DNA of 44,603 nt from Pseudomonadota bacterium (GTDB lineage Bacteria; Pseudomonadota; Alphaproteobacteria; Rhodobacterales; Rhodobacteraceae): positions 1 through 44,603 of the forward strand of contig JBCBYE010000001.1 of NCBI GenBank assembly GCA_039816075.1, given 5' to 3'. Position 1 is the first letter of the stretch, and the number at the start of each line of letters is the position of its first letter. Of the stretch, positions 11,000 through 20,912 are shown one piece after another. The notes below the pieces were generated by a model that was not told the DNA's origin, did no database searches, and worked only from the letters and a program-made list of their open reading frames with translations. The position numbers and the translations under genes were made by a program.

Positions 11000-11069
11000 C
11001 CCCATCACGGGGGCCCTCTTGAGGCGCGCCCCCGTGATGGGGACCCTCTTGAGGCGCGCCCCCGTGATG
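11000..11069. repeat. 15-bp perfect hairpin overlapping a 30-bp tandem duplication (possible terminator)
   Basis: CCCCATCACGGGGGC 11000..11014 pairs with GCCCCCGTGATGGGG 11028..11042; 11010..11039 repeated at 11040..11069 with one mismatch. Confidence 0.7.
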
Positions 11070-11464
11070 CGGCCGCCTTTCCGGCCGAAACCGTCGCCGA
11101 CGCGGGATTTCGGGGCCGCCGGCGCCGGGCCTTCGGGGCCGGATCGGGCGCCTTTTCCGCAGGCGCCCGGGGCGATCCGCCTGCCGGTTAGGCAGGCCTG
11201 CGCAAAGTCCGGGCGTCAACGACGATTTCCCGCCCAGCGACCGAGTTTTCTGACGAATCGCCTTCCTTTCCAGTCATGTTGCTTTAATATTCATAGTCAT
11301 GAGTTGAGTCCGCGTGATTGCAATGCGGGGAGATCCCGCGGCGTCGACCTGACGATCTTCAGCGTGCGTTCCAAGGCGTCGATCTCCGACGCGCCGTCCC
11401 GGTGCAGTCCGCGTGGGGCGGAGGAGGTCGTGGAAGCTTGCGCGCCAGACACGGGGGATTTCGA

Positions 11465-12271
11465 ATGATGACGGGGTTTTCCTTTCCCGCCGGCGGCGCG
11501 CTGCGTCTGTCGATCTTCTCGGGCGGCTGGGCCGCCTTCATGCACGACATGGAACGCCGCCTGGCCGGATCCGAAGGCTTCGCCGTGGCGACGGTCAATC
11601 TCGACCATCTGGAAAAGCTGCGCCGGTCCGAGCGGTTCCGCGCCGCCTATGCGGCGCACAGCCATGTGGTCGCCGACGGCAATCCCATCGTCTGGGCCTC
11701 GCGCCTGGCGGGGCGGCCGGTGCGGCTGATCCCCGGCTCGGACCTGGTGAACCCCATGGCCGCCATCGCCGCGCGTCAGGGCGCGGGCGTGGCGCTGGTC
11801 GGCGCGACCGAGGAGACGCTGGCCCGCGCGGCCGAGCGTCTGACCGCGCGCCATCCGGGCCTGCGCATCGTGCTGCGGCACGCGCCCAAGATGGGCTTCG
11901 ATCCCGAGGGGCCCGAGGCCGACGCGGCGATCGAGGCCCTGCGCGCCTCCGGCGCCCGCCTGACCTTCCTGGCCCTGGGCGCCCCCAAGCAGGAGATCTT
12001 CGCCGACCGCGCGCGCGCGGCGCTGCCGGATCTGGGCCTGCTGTCCGTCGGCGCGGGCCTCGACTTCATCGCCGGCGCGCAGCGGCGCGCCCCGCGCTGG
12101 ATGCGCGACCTGGCCCTCGAATGGCTCTGGCGCGCCGCCTCCGATCCCGGCCGCCTGGCCCAGCGCTACATCCGCTGCGCCCTGATGTTCCCCGGCCTCG
12201 CCCTCGACGCCCTCCGCCAGCGCCGCGCCGAGCCCCCGACCCTGACCGCCGCCCAGACCGCGGCGGAATAG
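11465..12271 (+). CDS. WecB/TagA/CpsF family glycosyltransferase (GT26)
   Basis: ATVNLDH, VVADGNPIVW, IPGSDL, LALGAPKQE, VGAGLDF, RRAP..M....LEWLWR motifs. Confidence 0.92.
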   Translation: MMTGFSFPAGGALRLSIFSGGWAAFMHDMERRLAGSEGFAVATVNLDHLEKLRRSERFRAAYAAHSHVVADGNPIVWASRLAGRPVRLIPGSDLVNPMAAIAARQGAGVALVGATEETLARAAERLTARHPGLRIVLRHAPKMGFDPEGPEADAAIEALRASGARLTFLALGAPKQEIFADRARAALPDLGLLSVGAGLDFIAGAQRRAPRWMRDLALEWLWRAASDPGRLAQRYIRCALMFPGLALDALRQRRAEPPTLTAAQTAAE

Positions 12272-12430
12272 GGCGGCCGGCGCGGGGCCGAAGGCGCCCG
12301 CCCGCGGCGTCGGTCCTTGCGGTGGGCGCCCGGCATCGACGAAACCTTCGCGATTGCGCGTTAGAGAGCGCCTGCAAGACCCGGGGCGTCCGCCCCGCCG
12401 GCGAAGAATCTCGAAGGCTTGGCCCAGGGC

Positions 12431-13267
12431 ATGAAGCTCAGCGTCATCATCCCCGCCCATGACGAGGCGGCCTGGATCGGGCCCTGCCTCGACGCGCTCT
12501 TCGCCCAGACCGGCGCGCCGAGCCCGCGCGAGATCGTCGTCGTCGCCAACGGCTGCGCCGACGACACCGCCGCGCTCGCGCGCGCCCGCACCGAGGAGGC
12601 CGCCGCCGCCGGATGGCGCCTTTCGGTGCTGGAGCTGTCCGAGGGCGGCAAGCCCGGCGCGCTGAACGCCGGCGACGCGGCGGCCGCCGCCCCGATCCGC
12701 GCCTATCTCGACGCCGACGTGACCTGCAGCCCGCCCCTGATGGGCCAGCTCCACGCCGCCCTCGACACGCCCGAGCCGCGCTACGCCTCCGGCCGCCTGC
12801 AGGTCGCGCCCGCAAAAACCTGGACGACGCACCGCTACGCCGATCTGTGGACGCGGCTCCCCTTCATGACCGAGGGCGTGCCCGGCGCCGGCCTTTTCGC
12901 CGTCAACGCCGCCGGCCGCGCCCGCTGGGACGCGTGGCCGCAGATCATCTCCGACGACACTTTCGCCCGCGTGCAATTCGCCCCCGAGGAGCGGATCGGC
13001 GTCGAGGCCGACTACCTCTGGCCCATGGTCGAGGGCTGGCGGAACCTGGTGCGCGTGCGCGCCCGCCAGAACGCCGGCGTGCGCGAGATCGCCGAACGCT
13101 GGCCGGAATTGATGGCGAACGAGGGCAAGGCCGGAATGGGCCTCTCCGGCGCCGCGAGCCTGCTGACCCGAACGCCCGCCAGCTTCGCCGTCTACGCCGC
13201 GATCAGCGCCGCGGTCGCCGTCGCCGAACGCCTGCGCGGAGGCCGAGCCTGGACGCGCGGGCGCTGA
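12431..13267 (+). CDS. Glycosyltransferase family 2
   Basis: MKLSVIIPAHDE, VVANGCADDT, GKPGALNAG, YLDAD. Confidence 0.9.
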   Translation: MKLSVIIPAHDEAAWIGPCLDALFAQTGAPSPREIVVVANGCADDTAALARARTEEAAAAGWRLSVLELSEGGKPGALNAGDAAAAAPIRAYLDADVTCSPPLMGQLHAALDTPEPRYASGRLQVAPAKTWTTHRYADLWTRLPFMTEGVPGAGLFAVNAAGRARWDAWPQIISDDTFARVQFAPEERIGVEADYLWPMVEGWRNLVRVRARQNAGVREIAERWPELMANEGKAGMGLSGAASLLTRTPASFAVYAAISAAVAVAERLRGGRAWTRGR

Positions 13268-13389
13268 GATCGGGATTCAAAACTCGTCGCGACGAATTTT
13301 ACCTGACGTTGGAGAGATATCAAAAATTCAATTTAAAACTCGGAGATTATATAATCTCAATCAATAAAGAGGAAAAGATTATGATATAC

Positions 13390-14123
13390 CTATAATAATC
13401 TAAATAAAAGTCTGTATATAACAAGTTGTGAGCCAAAGTTTTTCTCACGAACACTTTCGATTAACTCCACCTGCCGATTGAACGGCGAGCGATCCAGCAG
13501 GACGCCAGAACCGAAGTTCGATCGTGTCCCAACCGATGCATGGGGCAGATCCTCATTGGGCTCCGAGTTACGTGTTCCATCGAAAACATCTTCAGCAATA
13601 ATGATGCAGCGCGCCCCTGAAGCTTCCAAATTCAAAAGCGCTGCTTCGATCTGTTGGTTCGTCAGATGTTGCAGCACCTGACGCACGAAAATGAGATCGG
13701 CGTAGGGGGGCGAGCCTCAATCAGATCGAATGTTTCAAAACACACAGTCTTCATACTCGCAAACAGCTTGCGATTACGCTCGACGATCACCTTCGAGACG
13801 TCGAGGCCTAGATAGGATTCGACATGCGGCGCCAGACGGCGTCCTACGTTGAAGTCGCCGCAACCTATATCCGCAACACTGTTCCAACCATGTTCGTGAA
13901 CCAGCTTGAGGATCGCCTCCACGAAGGCGTCAGCCCAGATGCCGTAGCTGCCATGTCCTGAGGGACGCGTTGAATCCCCCCACCAGCCGTTGCGATAGAT
14001 CAAGTCAAAAGCTTCCGAAGGCGGCAGGCCTGCGATCCGTCGATTTGCCTTTTCTGCACGGCGTCGCCGGAACCACTGAAGCGTTGAGGTTGGAAGCAAC
14101 CCTTTTATCATTTCCTTTAGCAT
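13390..14123 (-). pseudogene. Class I SAM-dependent methyltransferase split by a 1-nt frameshift
   Basis: FDLIY...WG, SGHGS, VADIGCGDF in 13662..14123; continuation ADLIFVRQVLQHL in another frame; one extra base in the G6 run 13705..13710 restores one ORF. Confidence 0.8.
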
Positions 14124-14142
14124 ACTGAATTCCTGATCCCGT

Positions 14143-15096
14143 TCAGTTGCCGATCTTGCCGAAACTCAAGCTTCGCAGCAGACCTTTTATCCGTTGATCT
14201 CGCTCGAAGTCCTCCAGATTATACTCTTGATACATCTTTGTCTCAGTGTCGGCTTCGAAATTCTGCCCGCTGTAACCGATGATTCCACACTCGAATGCCT
14301 CAAGAGCCCACCACTTCGAACGCCCGCTCAGGTGTACGCATTTCGTGCGCGCTATTGGTTCCAGCCTCAGCAATTGCTTGCCCGGCACCCCAACGGCATC
14401 CGCAAGACGCTTGAGGTAGCCGCGCTCCCAGCAGAACCATGCGGTCGGGTCGAGGTATCCTCCGCCGAGCCGCATCGCGAGCGCCGACCAGACGATGGCC
14501 TCGATATGCATGAAGCTCTCGAATTCCTCGAAAGGCTGGCGCTCCAGGATCTCCTCCAACACGTCCATGTCCAGCGCCTCGCGGCGATGCTGGGCGACGC
14601 CGATATCGACATGATCGGCGAAGCGCAGGCCCGCATCGAAGCCCGCTTGCACGGCGTCCGGCGGAAAGAGGCAGTTGGGTCCCTGGCGCATCAACAGGAT
14701 GCCGGTCTCGGGCGCAGGCTCGAAACGGAATGGATTGGGAAAGAAGAGGTCGGGGTCGAGTATCACCACCTCCTGGCCCGGCTCGGAGACCAGCCAGGGA
14801 TCGGTGATCTTCAACCAGCAGGGATGGCCCTGGCGAAAGCGCAGGATGCGCGGCCGGTCGACGAAGGCCTCGGCGGCCATCGCGTCGGTCTCGGTCTTGA
14901 TCAGGATGCGGATATCCTCGGCCGGCAGCTGCGCCTCCGCGACGAAATCGGCAAGGCGGACGCGATCCTCCTCATCATCGGTGATCAGGGTCAGCCGGAA
15001 CCGGTCCAGCCGGCTGCGGAACAGGCTTCGCAGGCACAAGCTGGAATAGGGCAGCGTCTTGGACGACAGAACCATGCAGACCGACAGATGTCTCAT
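14143..15096 (-). CDS. Hypothetical protein, probable GT-A-fold (DxD) transferase
   Basis: ATGA overlap with upstream GT4 stop; LTLITDD, WLKITD, VVILDPDLFF, HLSG motifs; family not recognised. Confidence 0.6.
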   Translation of the reverse strand: MRHLSVCMVLSSKTLPYSSLCLRSLFRSRLDRFRLTLITDDEEDRVRLADFVAEAQLPAEDIRILIKTETDAMAAEAFVDRPRILRFRQGHPCWLKITDPWLVSEPGQEVVILDPDLFFPNPFRFEPAPETGILLMRQGPNCLFPPDAVQAGFDAGLRFADHVDIGVAQHRREALDMDVLEEILERQPFEEFESFMHIEAIVWSALAMRLGGGYLDPTAWFCWERGYLKRLADAVGVPGKQLLRLEPIARTKCVHLSGRSKWWALEAFECGIIGYSGQNFEADTETKMYQEYNLEDFERDQRIKGLLRSLSFGKIGN

Positions 15097-16295
15097 GCGG
15101 CGGTTTTCCTCTCGTCCCCCATCGGTTCCGCCCATGCCGCGGCGGCGGCGGACCAGCGGAACCTTCGCTCGGCATCCATCCTGGCCGCGACGCTCAGCGC
15201 GTCGGCCCGTTCCGGATCTTCGGCAAGTCTCGTCATCGCATCGGCCAAAGCCGCGACGACCTCCTCATGACCGGTCGGCTCGACGAAGATCGCCTCGTCC
15301 GGCCCCGCCAGCCGCGCCGGCCCGCCCCAGTTCAGCGCGATCACCGGCACGCCGGCGGCCATCGCCTCCTGCATGACGATGCCGTTGGCCTCGGCCAGCG
15401 TGGGAAAAACGAAGCCGCGATAGGCGCCCAGACGCTGCGCCAGGCCGGCATTGTCGAGCCATCCCGCGAAACGCACCCGCGTCTCCAATCCCAGGCGACG
15501 AACCAATGCCTCCAGTCGCGGACGCTCCGCCCCGTCGCCGAAGATGTCGAGGGTGATCGTCTCGGGCGTGCGGGCGAGCGCCTCGATGGCCAAGTCGAAG
15601 CCCTTGTAGTCCACGAAGCGCCCCAGGGCGACGAAGCGGCCGTTGACGCCCTCGTGCCGGACGCGGGGCCCGAAGAACCGCTCCGACACGCCGGAATCGA
15701 CCGCATGCACGATGCGTTCGGGCCGCGCGCCGGCACGGAGCGCCGAAGCTTCGGTCTCGGGCCCGCCCGAGACCAGGACGGCGCGCGCCCGACGCTTCTC
15801 GCCCGTCAACAGGCCGAGCAGCCGCTGCAAAGGGCCGGCCACGACCCGTTCCAGCGCCGCGCGCCGACCCTCGCGATCGCGGAAGGCGGGCGGGTAGGCG
15901 ACGGCGCCGTTCAGCGGGCCGAGCACGTAGTCGTAGCCTCGCGGCGGAAAGCGCAGGGCCACGGGCGAGATCGGGCACAGGTAGTGGATCAGCACGTCGT
16001 CAGGCGCGAAGCGGCGGCGGATCTCGCGCGCCGCAGCCAGGTGGAACACCATGTCCACGCCCCGGGCCAGAACTCGCGACCGCCACAGCAGCCGCTGGGC
16101 CGGACCATCCTCGATCAGGATCACCTTCGGCGAATCGGCGAGGGCGCCCAGGCGGGGGCGGGACCGGACATGGGCGATCAGCACCGCCTCGGCGCCGGTC
16201 TCCAGCAGATGGCTGAAGTGCTGGAAGGCCTTGATGGCCTCTCCCCCCATGCCCTCGCCGGAATTGGGGGCCACGATGATCCGGGTGCGAGCCAT
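15093..16295 (-). CDS. Glycosyltransferase family 4
   Basis: GRFVDYKG, IFGDG.ER, FVFPTLAEANGIVMQEAMAAGVPVI. Confidence 0.9.
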   Translation of the reverse strand: MARTRIIVAPNSGEGMGGEAIKAFQHFSHLLETGAEAVLIAHVRSRPRLGALADSPKVILIEDGPAQRLLWRSRVLARGVDMVFHLAAAREIRRRFAPDDVLIHYLCPISPVALRFPPRGYDYVLGPLNGAVAYPPAFRDREGRRAALERVVAGPLQRLLGLLTGEKRRARAVLVSGGPETEASALRAGARPERIVHAVDSGVSERFFGPRVRHEGVNGRFVALGRFVDYKGFDLAIEALARTPETITLDIFGDGAERPRLEALVRRLGLETRVRFAGWLDNAGLAQRLGAYRGFVFPTLAEANGIVMQEAMAAGVPVIALNWGGPARLAGPDEAIFVEPTGHEEVVAALADAMTRLAEDPERADALSVAARMDAERRFRWSAAAAAWAEPMGDERKTAA

Positions 16296-16302
16296 CCGCG
16301 CC

Positions 16303-17277
16303 TCACGCCGCCTTGTATTCGATGATCCGAGGCCGTCGGCCGCTCAACCGCCCGGCCAGAAAGCCCAGAGCGCCCTGCGCCTCGGCGAACTTGCCCGCCG
16401 CCGACAGTGCGGCGGCGACCCTGTCGCCGTCCGGGCGCAGCGTCAGCCGCAGAACCTGCACCGGCCAGACCAGCGCCCCCGCCCACGCCCAGGGCGACCA
16501 GATCAGCGCGGCAAGGATGATCGCCGCCGGCAGAAGCGCCCCCCAGACCAGCGCGCGGATCGTCTCGCGGACCCAGTGCCGCTCCGGCGCGCGCCCGTGC
16601 AGCCAGGCCCCTTCGGCATAGGCGTGCCCCGCCCGCACCGACCGCCGCCACCATTGCGAGAACCGCGTCATCGCCGCGTCGTGCCAGGTCATCTCCAGGT
16701 CCAGCCGCTCCACCCCCCAGCCGGCGGCGCGCAGACGCACGCAAAGCTCCGGCTCCTCGCCGGCGATCAGGCCGTCGCGCCAGCCGCCGACGGCCGAGAG
16801 CGCCTCGACCCGCATCAGCGAGTCGCCGCCGCAATGCAGCGCCGGGCCCGCGGGCGTGTCCCATTCCAGATCGCACAGCCGGTTCCAGAGCGAGGCCTGG
16901 GGAAAGCGCTCCCGCCGCCGGCCGCAGACCACGGCCAGATCCGGGCGGGCGCGCAGCGCCTCCGCCGCCGCCGCGATCCAGCCCTCGCGCAGCTCGCAAT
17001 CGCCGTCGACGAACTGCACGAAATCCAGCTCCGGCGCCCGCGCCAGAAGCGCCCGAAACCCCGCGTTGCGGGCGCGCGCGGCGGTGAAGGGGATCGCCAG
17101 GTCCAGCTCCACGACCTCCGCGCCGAGGGCCCGCGCCGCCTCGGCGCTGCCGTCGGAGGAGCCGCTGTCCACATAGACCACGTCCCGGCAATCGCGCAGG
17201 GCCGAGCGCAAGCAGGCGATCAGCCGCGCGCCCTCGTTGCGCCCGATCGCCACCACGCCGACCTCCGCCACGCCCAT
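16303..17277 (-). CDS. Glycosyltransferase family 2
   Basis: VVAIGRNEG, YVDSGSSDGS, ARARNAG, FVDGDC, GEEPEL. Confidence 0.9.
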   Translation of the reverse strand: MGVAEVGVVAIGRNEGARLIACLRSALRDCRDVVYVDSGSSDGSAEAARALGAEVVELDLAIPFTAARARNAGFRALLARAPELDFVQFVDGDCELREGWIAAAAEALRARPDLAVVCGRRRERFPQASLWNRLCDLEWDTPAGPALHCGGDSLMRVEALSAVGGWRDGLIAGEEPELCVRLRAAGWGVERLDLEMTWHDAAMTRFSQWWRRSVRAGHAYAEGAWLHGRAPERHWVRETIRALVWGALLPAAIILAALIWSPWAWAGALVWPVQVLRLTLRPDGDRVAAALSAAGKFAEAQGALGFLAGRLSGRRPRIIEYKAA

Positions 17278-17303
17278 CGCCTCGCTCCCATCCGCGAAAT
17301 CGC

Positions 17304-17318
17304 TTCAGCCTGCGTTCA
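17304..17318. promoter_or_regulatory. CtrA-like box in the divergent GT2 / GT4 promoter
   Basis: TTCA-GCCTGCG-TTCA (minus strand GTGAACGCAGGCTGAA). Confidence 0.4.
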
Positions 17319-17399
17319 CGCGCGGGTATACCCCAAGGACATAAACGCAAGCTACACCACGCTCGATCTTTCCGCGTCTCCCTCCGGACCCGCCCGCGC

Positions 17400-18620
17400 A
17401 TGCGTCTCGCCTATCTGGTCAACCAGTATCCCAAGGTCAGCCACAGCTTCATCCGCCGCGAGATCGAGGCGGTGGAGGCGATGGGCTGCGAGGTGCTGCG
17501 CTTTTCCCTGCGCCGCACCGATCCGGCGGGGCTCGCCGATCCGGCGGACCGGGCGGAGGCGGGGCGCACCGCAGCGGTGCTGGGCGCCGGCGCGGCGGGC
17601 CTGCTGGGGGCCCTCGCGGCCGAGGTTCGGCGCGCCCCCGGCGCCGTCGCCGCGCAGGCCCGCCTCGCCTGGCGCCTGGGCGGGCGCGGCGAACGCGGGC
17701 GGCGGGTGCACCTGATCTATCTGGCCGAGGCCTGCTGGCTCGCCCGCCGCCTGCGCGGCGGCGGCGTGCAGCACCTGCACGCGCATTTCGGCACCAACTC
17801 GGCCACGGTCGCCATGCTGGCCGCCGCGCTCGCCGACATCCCGTGGAGCTTCACGGTCCACGGGCCCGAGGAATTCGACAAGCCCCAGGCCATCGCGCTC
17901 GGCGAGAAGATCGCCCGCGCCCGGGCCGCCTTCGCCATCAGCAGCTACGGGCGCAGCCAGCTCTACCGCTGGGCGCGGGCCGAGGACTGGCCCAAGATCG
18001 AGGTGGTGCGCTGCGGCCTGCCCGCCGCCCTGCTGGAGGACGCGGGCGCGCCGATCCCCGATGCGCCGCATCTGGTCTGCGTGGGCCGCCTGGCGGAGCA
18101 GAAGGGCCAGCTTCTGCTGCTGGAGGCGGCGGCGGAAGCCAGGCGCCACATCCCCGATCTGCGCCTGACCCTGGTGGGCGACGGCGAGATGCGCGCGGCG
18201 GTGGAGGCGCGCATCGCCGCGCTGGGGCTGCAGGAGGCCGTCGCGATCACCGGCTGGGCCTCGGAGGCGGAGGTGCGCGCGCATATCCTGTCGGCGCGCG
18301 CCCTGGTGCTGGGCAGCTTCGCCGAGGGCCTGCCGGTGGTGATCATGGAGGCGCTGGCCCTGGGCCGGCCGGCGATCTCGACCTATATAGCCGGCATTCC
18401 CGAGCTGGTGGACGAGGGCTGCGGCCGTCTGGTTCCCGCCGGCGACGTCGCGGAGCTGAGCCAGGCCATGCGCGATCTCCTCGGCGCCTCGCCCGAGCAT
18501 CTGGCGGCCCTGGGCGCCGAGGGCCGCGCCCGCGTCGCCGCCCGCCACGACCAGCGGCGCGAGGCCGCGCGCCTCCTGTCCCGGCTGCGCCCGACGCCCG
18601 AGGCCGGCGTCGATGCCTAA
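17400..18620 (+). CDS. Glycosyltransferase family 4 (WcaL-like)
   Basis: YLVNQYPKVSHSFIRREI, HLHAHFG, SFTVHG, VGRLAEQKG, SFAEGLPVVIMEALA. Confidence 0.92.
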   Translation: MRLAYLVNQYPKVSHSFIRREIEAVEAMGCEVLRFSLRRTDPAGLADPADRAEAGRTAAVLGAGAAGLLGALAAEVRRAPGAVAAQARLAWRLGGRGERGRRVHLIYLAEACWLARRLRGGGVQHLHAHFGTNSATVAMLAAALADIPWSFTVHGPEEFDKPQAIALGEKIARARAAFAISSYGRSQLYRWARAEDWPKIEVVRCGLPAALLEDAGAPIPDAPHLVCVGRLAEQKGQLLLLEAAAEARRHIPDLRLTLVGDGEMRAAVEARIAALGLQEAVAITGWASEAEVRAHILSARALVLGSFAEGLPVVIMEALALGRPAISTYIAGIPELVDEGCGRLVPAGDVAELSQAMRDLLGASPEHLAALGAEGRARVAARHDQRREAARLLSRLRPTPEAGVDA

Positions 18621-19977
18621 CGCGATCGCCTACCTCGCCCTCTTCGCCTGGCCCCTGGTCGGCGCGCTTCTGTTCCACAAACTGCCGACCCACAAGGCGA
18701 TCATCTGGACCATCCTGGGCGGGTATCTGGTGTTGCCGGAGCGTGTGGGCATCGACCTGCCGCTGCTGCCGGCCTTCGACAAGACCTTCATTCCCGCGGC
18801 GACGGCGTTGTTCTTCTGCCTTCCACGCCTTGGCAGCCTTTGGGAATTGCTGCCTCAAGATCGAGTGGCGAGCGTCTTGGCGCTGACATTCATGTTGAGC
18901 CCATTCGGCACGGCCTTCACCAACGGCGACCCGCAGATCTTCGGTCCTACATACCTGCCCGGCTTGCGTCCTTACGATGCATTTTCGTTTGGGCTGAGCC
19001 ATGCCGTGCATCTCGTGCCATTCCTCCTTGCACAACGCTTCATTCGCAACGAAGCCGCGCTGCGCGATCTTCTGGCCTCGATCGCAATCGCAGGGCTGAT
19101 CTACTCACTGCCAGCGCTCTTCGAAGTTCGAATGAGCCCACAGTTGCATACTTGGATATATGGCTTTTTTCCACACTCATTTATACAGCAAGTCCGCTTT
19201 GGGGGCTTCAGGCCCGTTGTTTTTCTTGGTCACGGACTTCTTGTTGGCCTTCTGATTTCAATGTCTACATTGGCGTCTCTGGCGCTTGCGCGGGGCCACC
19301 AGGGACCGGCGCGCGCCCTCTGGATCGCCGCGTCAATCTGGCTGGCGATCACGCTGCTGCTGAGCAAAACGGTTTCCGCATGGGTCTACGCAGTCGCTCT
19401 GTTCCCAGTTCTGCTCTTGTTTGGAAATCGCCTAAAACGTATGGCGCTCCTCTTTGTCGGCAGCATCGTTCTGCTTTACCCTGCCTTGAGAGGAATGGAT
19501 CTCATTCCAACGGCTCGCATCGAAGCATTGGCTGCATTGATCAACGAAGCTCGTTTTCAATCGCTGCAGTACCGCTTCCAGAACGAAGACATTCTGCTTC
19601 AGCGGGCCAATGAACGCCCGTTTTTCGGTTGGGGCGGCTGGGGTCGCAATGAGGTTCATGACAACATAACCGGAGATGTCATCAGCGTGACCGATGGCGC
19701 CTGGATCGCTTTCGCTGGCCCATACGGATGGATTGGCTACATCGCTGGATTTGGTCTGCTGGTCAGGCCGCTCATTATGATTGGCTTGGGCCGCAAAGCG
19801 TCCTTCACAACGCTCGCGTTAGCGGTGGTTCTAATGGCAAACTTGATAGATCTCATTCCTAACTCCGGCCTTCGCCCAATAACGTGGCTGGTATCAGGCA
19901 GTATAATTGGATTCATATGTTTAGAATATAGAGATAAGGCGCTGCGAAAGCCTGCCTACGCCAAAATAAGGGCTTAG
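18613..19977 (+). CDS. Polytopic membrane protein, O-antigen ligase / Wzy polymerase-like
   Basis: About 10-12 hydrophobic segments; RPVVFLGHGL; periplasmic-loop motif SLQYRFQNE...ERPFFGWGGWGR..TDG.W. Confidence 0.75.
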   Translation: MPNAIAYLALFAWPLVGALLFHKLPTHKAIIWTILGGYLVLPERVGIDLPLLPAFDKTFIPAATALFFCLPRLGSLWELLPQDRVASVLALTFMLSPFGTAFTNGDPQIFGPTYLPGLRPYDAFSFGLSHAVHLVPFLLAQRFIRNEAALRDLLASIAIAGLIYSLPALFEVRMSPQLHTWIYGFFPHSFIQQVRFGGFRPVVFLGHGLLVGLLISMSTLASLALARGHQGPARALWIAASIWLAITLLLSKTVSAWVYAVALFPVLLLFGNRLKRMALLFVGSIVLLYPALRGMDLIPTARIEALAALINEARFQSLQYRFQNEDILLQRANERPFFGWGGWGRNEVHDNITGDVISVTDGAWIAFAGPYGWIGYIAGFGLLVRPLIMIGLGRKASFTTLALAVVLMANLIDLIPNSGLRPITWLVSGSIIGFICLEYRDKALRKPAYAKIRA

Positions 19978-19984
19978 TCGATCA

Positions 19985-20908
19985 ATGGTTCCAGTATTTA
20001 TATTCGGCTCTCTACGCTCTGGAACAACGCTTCTTAGGTTGATTATAAACAGTCATCCAGATTTATCAAACCCAGGCGAAGCAGATTTTCTGTTTGACGG
20101 CCTAGATCTCAACTGCTCTCCCCCTTGCTACAATAAGAATCAACTCCAACGAGACTGGATATTTTCTGCACAACAACTGAGCCTTAGACCAGATCTGGAT
20201 GGCATCGAGTTGTTGCATGACATGCTGGCGCAGCTATCAGAAGACTTCCCTGGCCGTACGTCGGTAAATATCCATCGTCATTCGGACAAACTCGCAAAGA
20301 CCCTGCCTGAGGCAAAAGTCGTGCACTTGGTGCGCGACCCACGAGATGTTGCACGGTCCAGCATAGGAATGGGCTGGGCAGGCACGACCTATCATGGAGT
20401 GGATCATTGGATTGAAACTGAAAGGACCTGGACCGATGCTGCGCAGAAATTCCATGAAAACCATGTTCTAAATCTTAGATATGAGTCCCTTCTTAAGAAT
20501 CCGAAAAATGAGCTGTTGAAGCTATGTAAATTTCTTGAAGTCGAATGGAATGCGGAAATGTTGGAGTTTCACAATAACTCAAGTTACTCACCCATTGATG
20601 CAAAACTTGCATACCAATGGCGCAGCACCGCCTCTCCCAATGAAGTCCGGTATGTCGAAGCGAAGGCAGGCGCGTTGATGAAGCAGCGTGGCTATCACCT
20701 GACCCAAGATAGAGCAAAGCCCATAAGAAACGTTGAAAAGATTATACTTTCTTTCAAAAATAGGATATCAATCTGGAATTTTGGCGTGAAACGCTATGGA
20801 TTTCGCTTATATATTTTAGAAAAAATTACGAGATACTTTAGACTAACCCATTGGAATTCAGCTTTACATGATAAAATACAGATTATTAATAGTAAAGCTG
20901 CAAAATGA
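19985..20908 (+). CDS. PAPS-dependent sulfotransferase
   Basis: 5'-PSB GSLRSGTTLL; 3'-PB HLVRDPRDVARS; LRYESL. Confidence 0.92.
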   Translation: MVPVFIFGSLRSGTTLLRLIINSHPDLSNPGEADFLFDGLDLNCSPPCYNKNQLQRDWIFSAQQLSLRPDLDGIELLHDMLAQLSEDFPGRTSVNIHRHSDKLAKTLPEAKVVHLVRDPRDVARSSIGMGWAGTTYHGVDHWIETERTWTDAAQKFHENHVLNLRYESLLKNPKNELLKLCKFLEVEWNAEMLEFHNNSSYSPIDAKLAYQWRSTASPNEVRYVEAKAGALMKQRGYHLTQDRAKPIRNVEKIILSFKNRISIWNFGVKRYGFRLYILEKITRYFRLTHWNSALHDKIQIINSKAAK

Positions 20909-20912
20909 ATTT

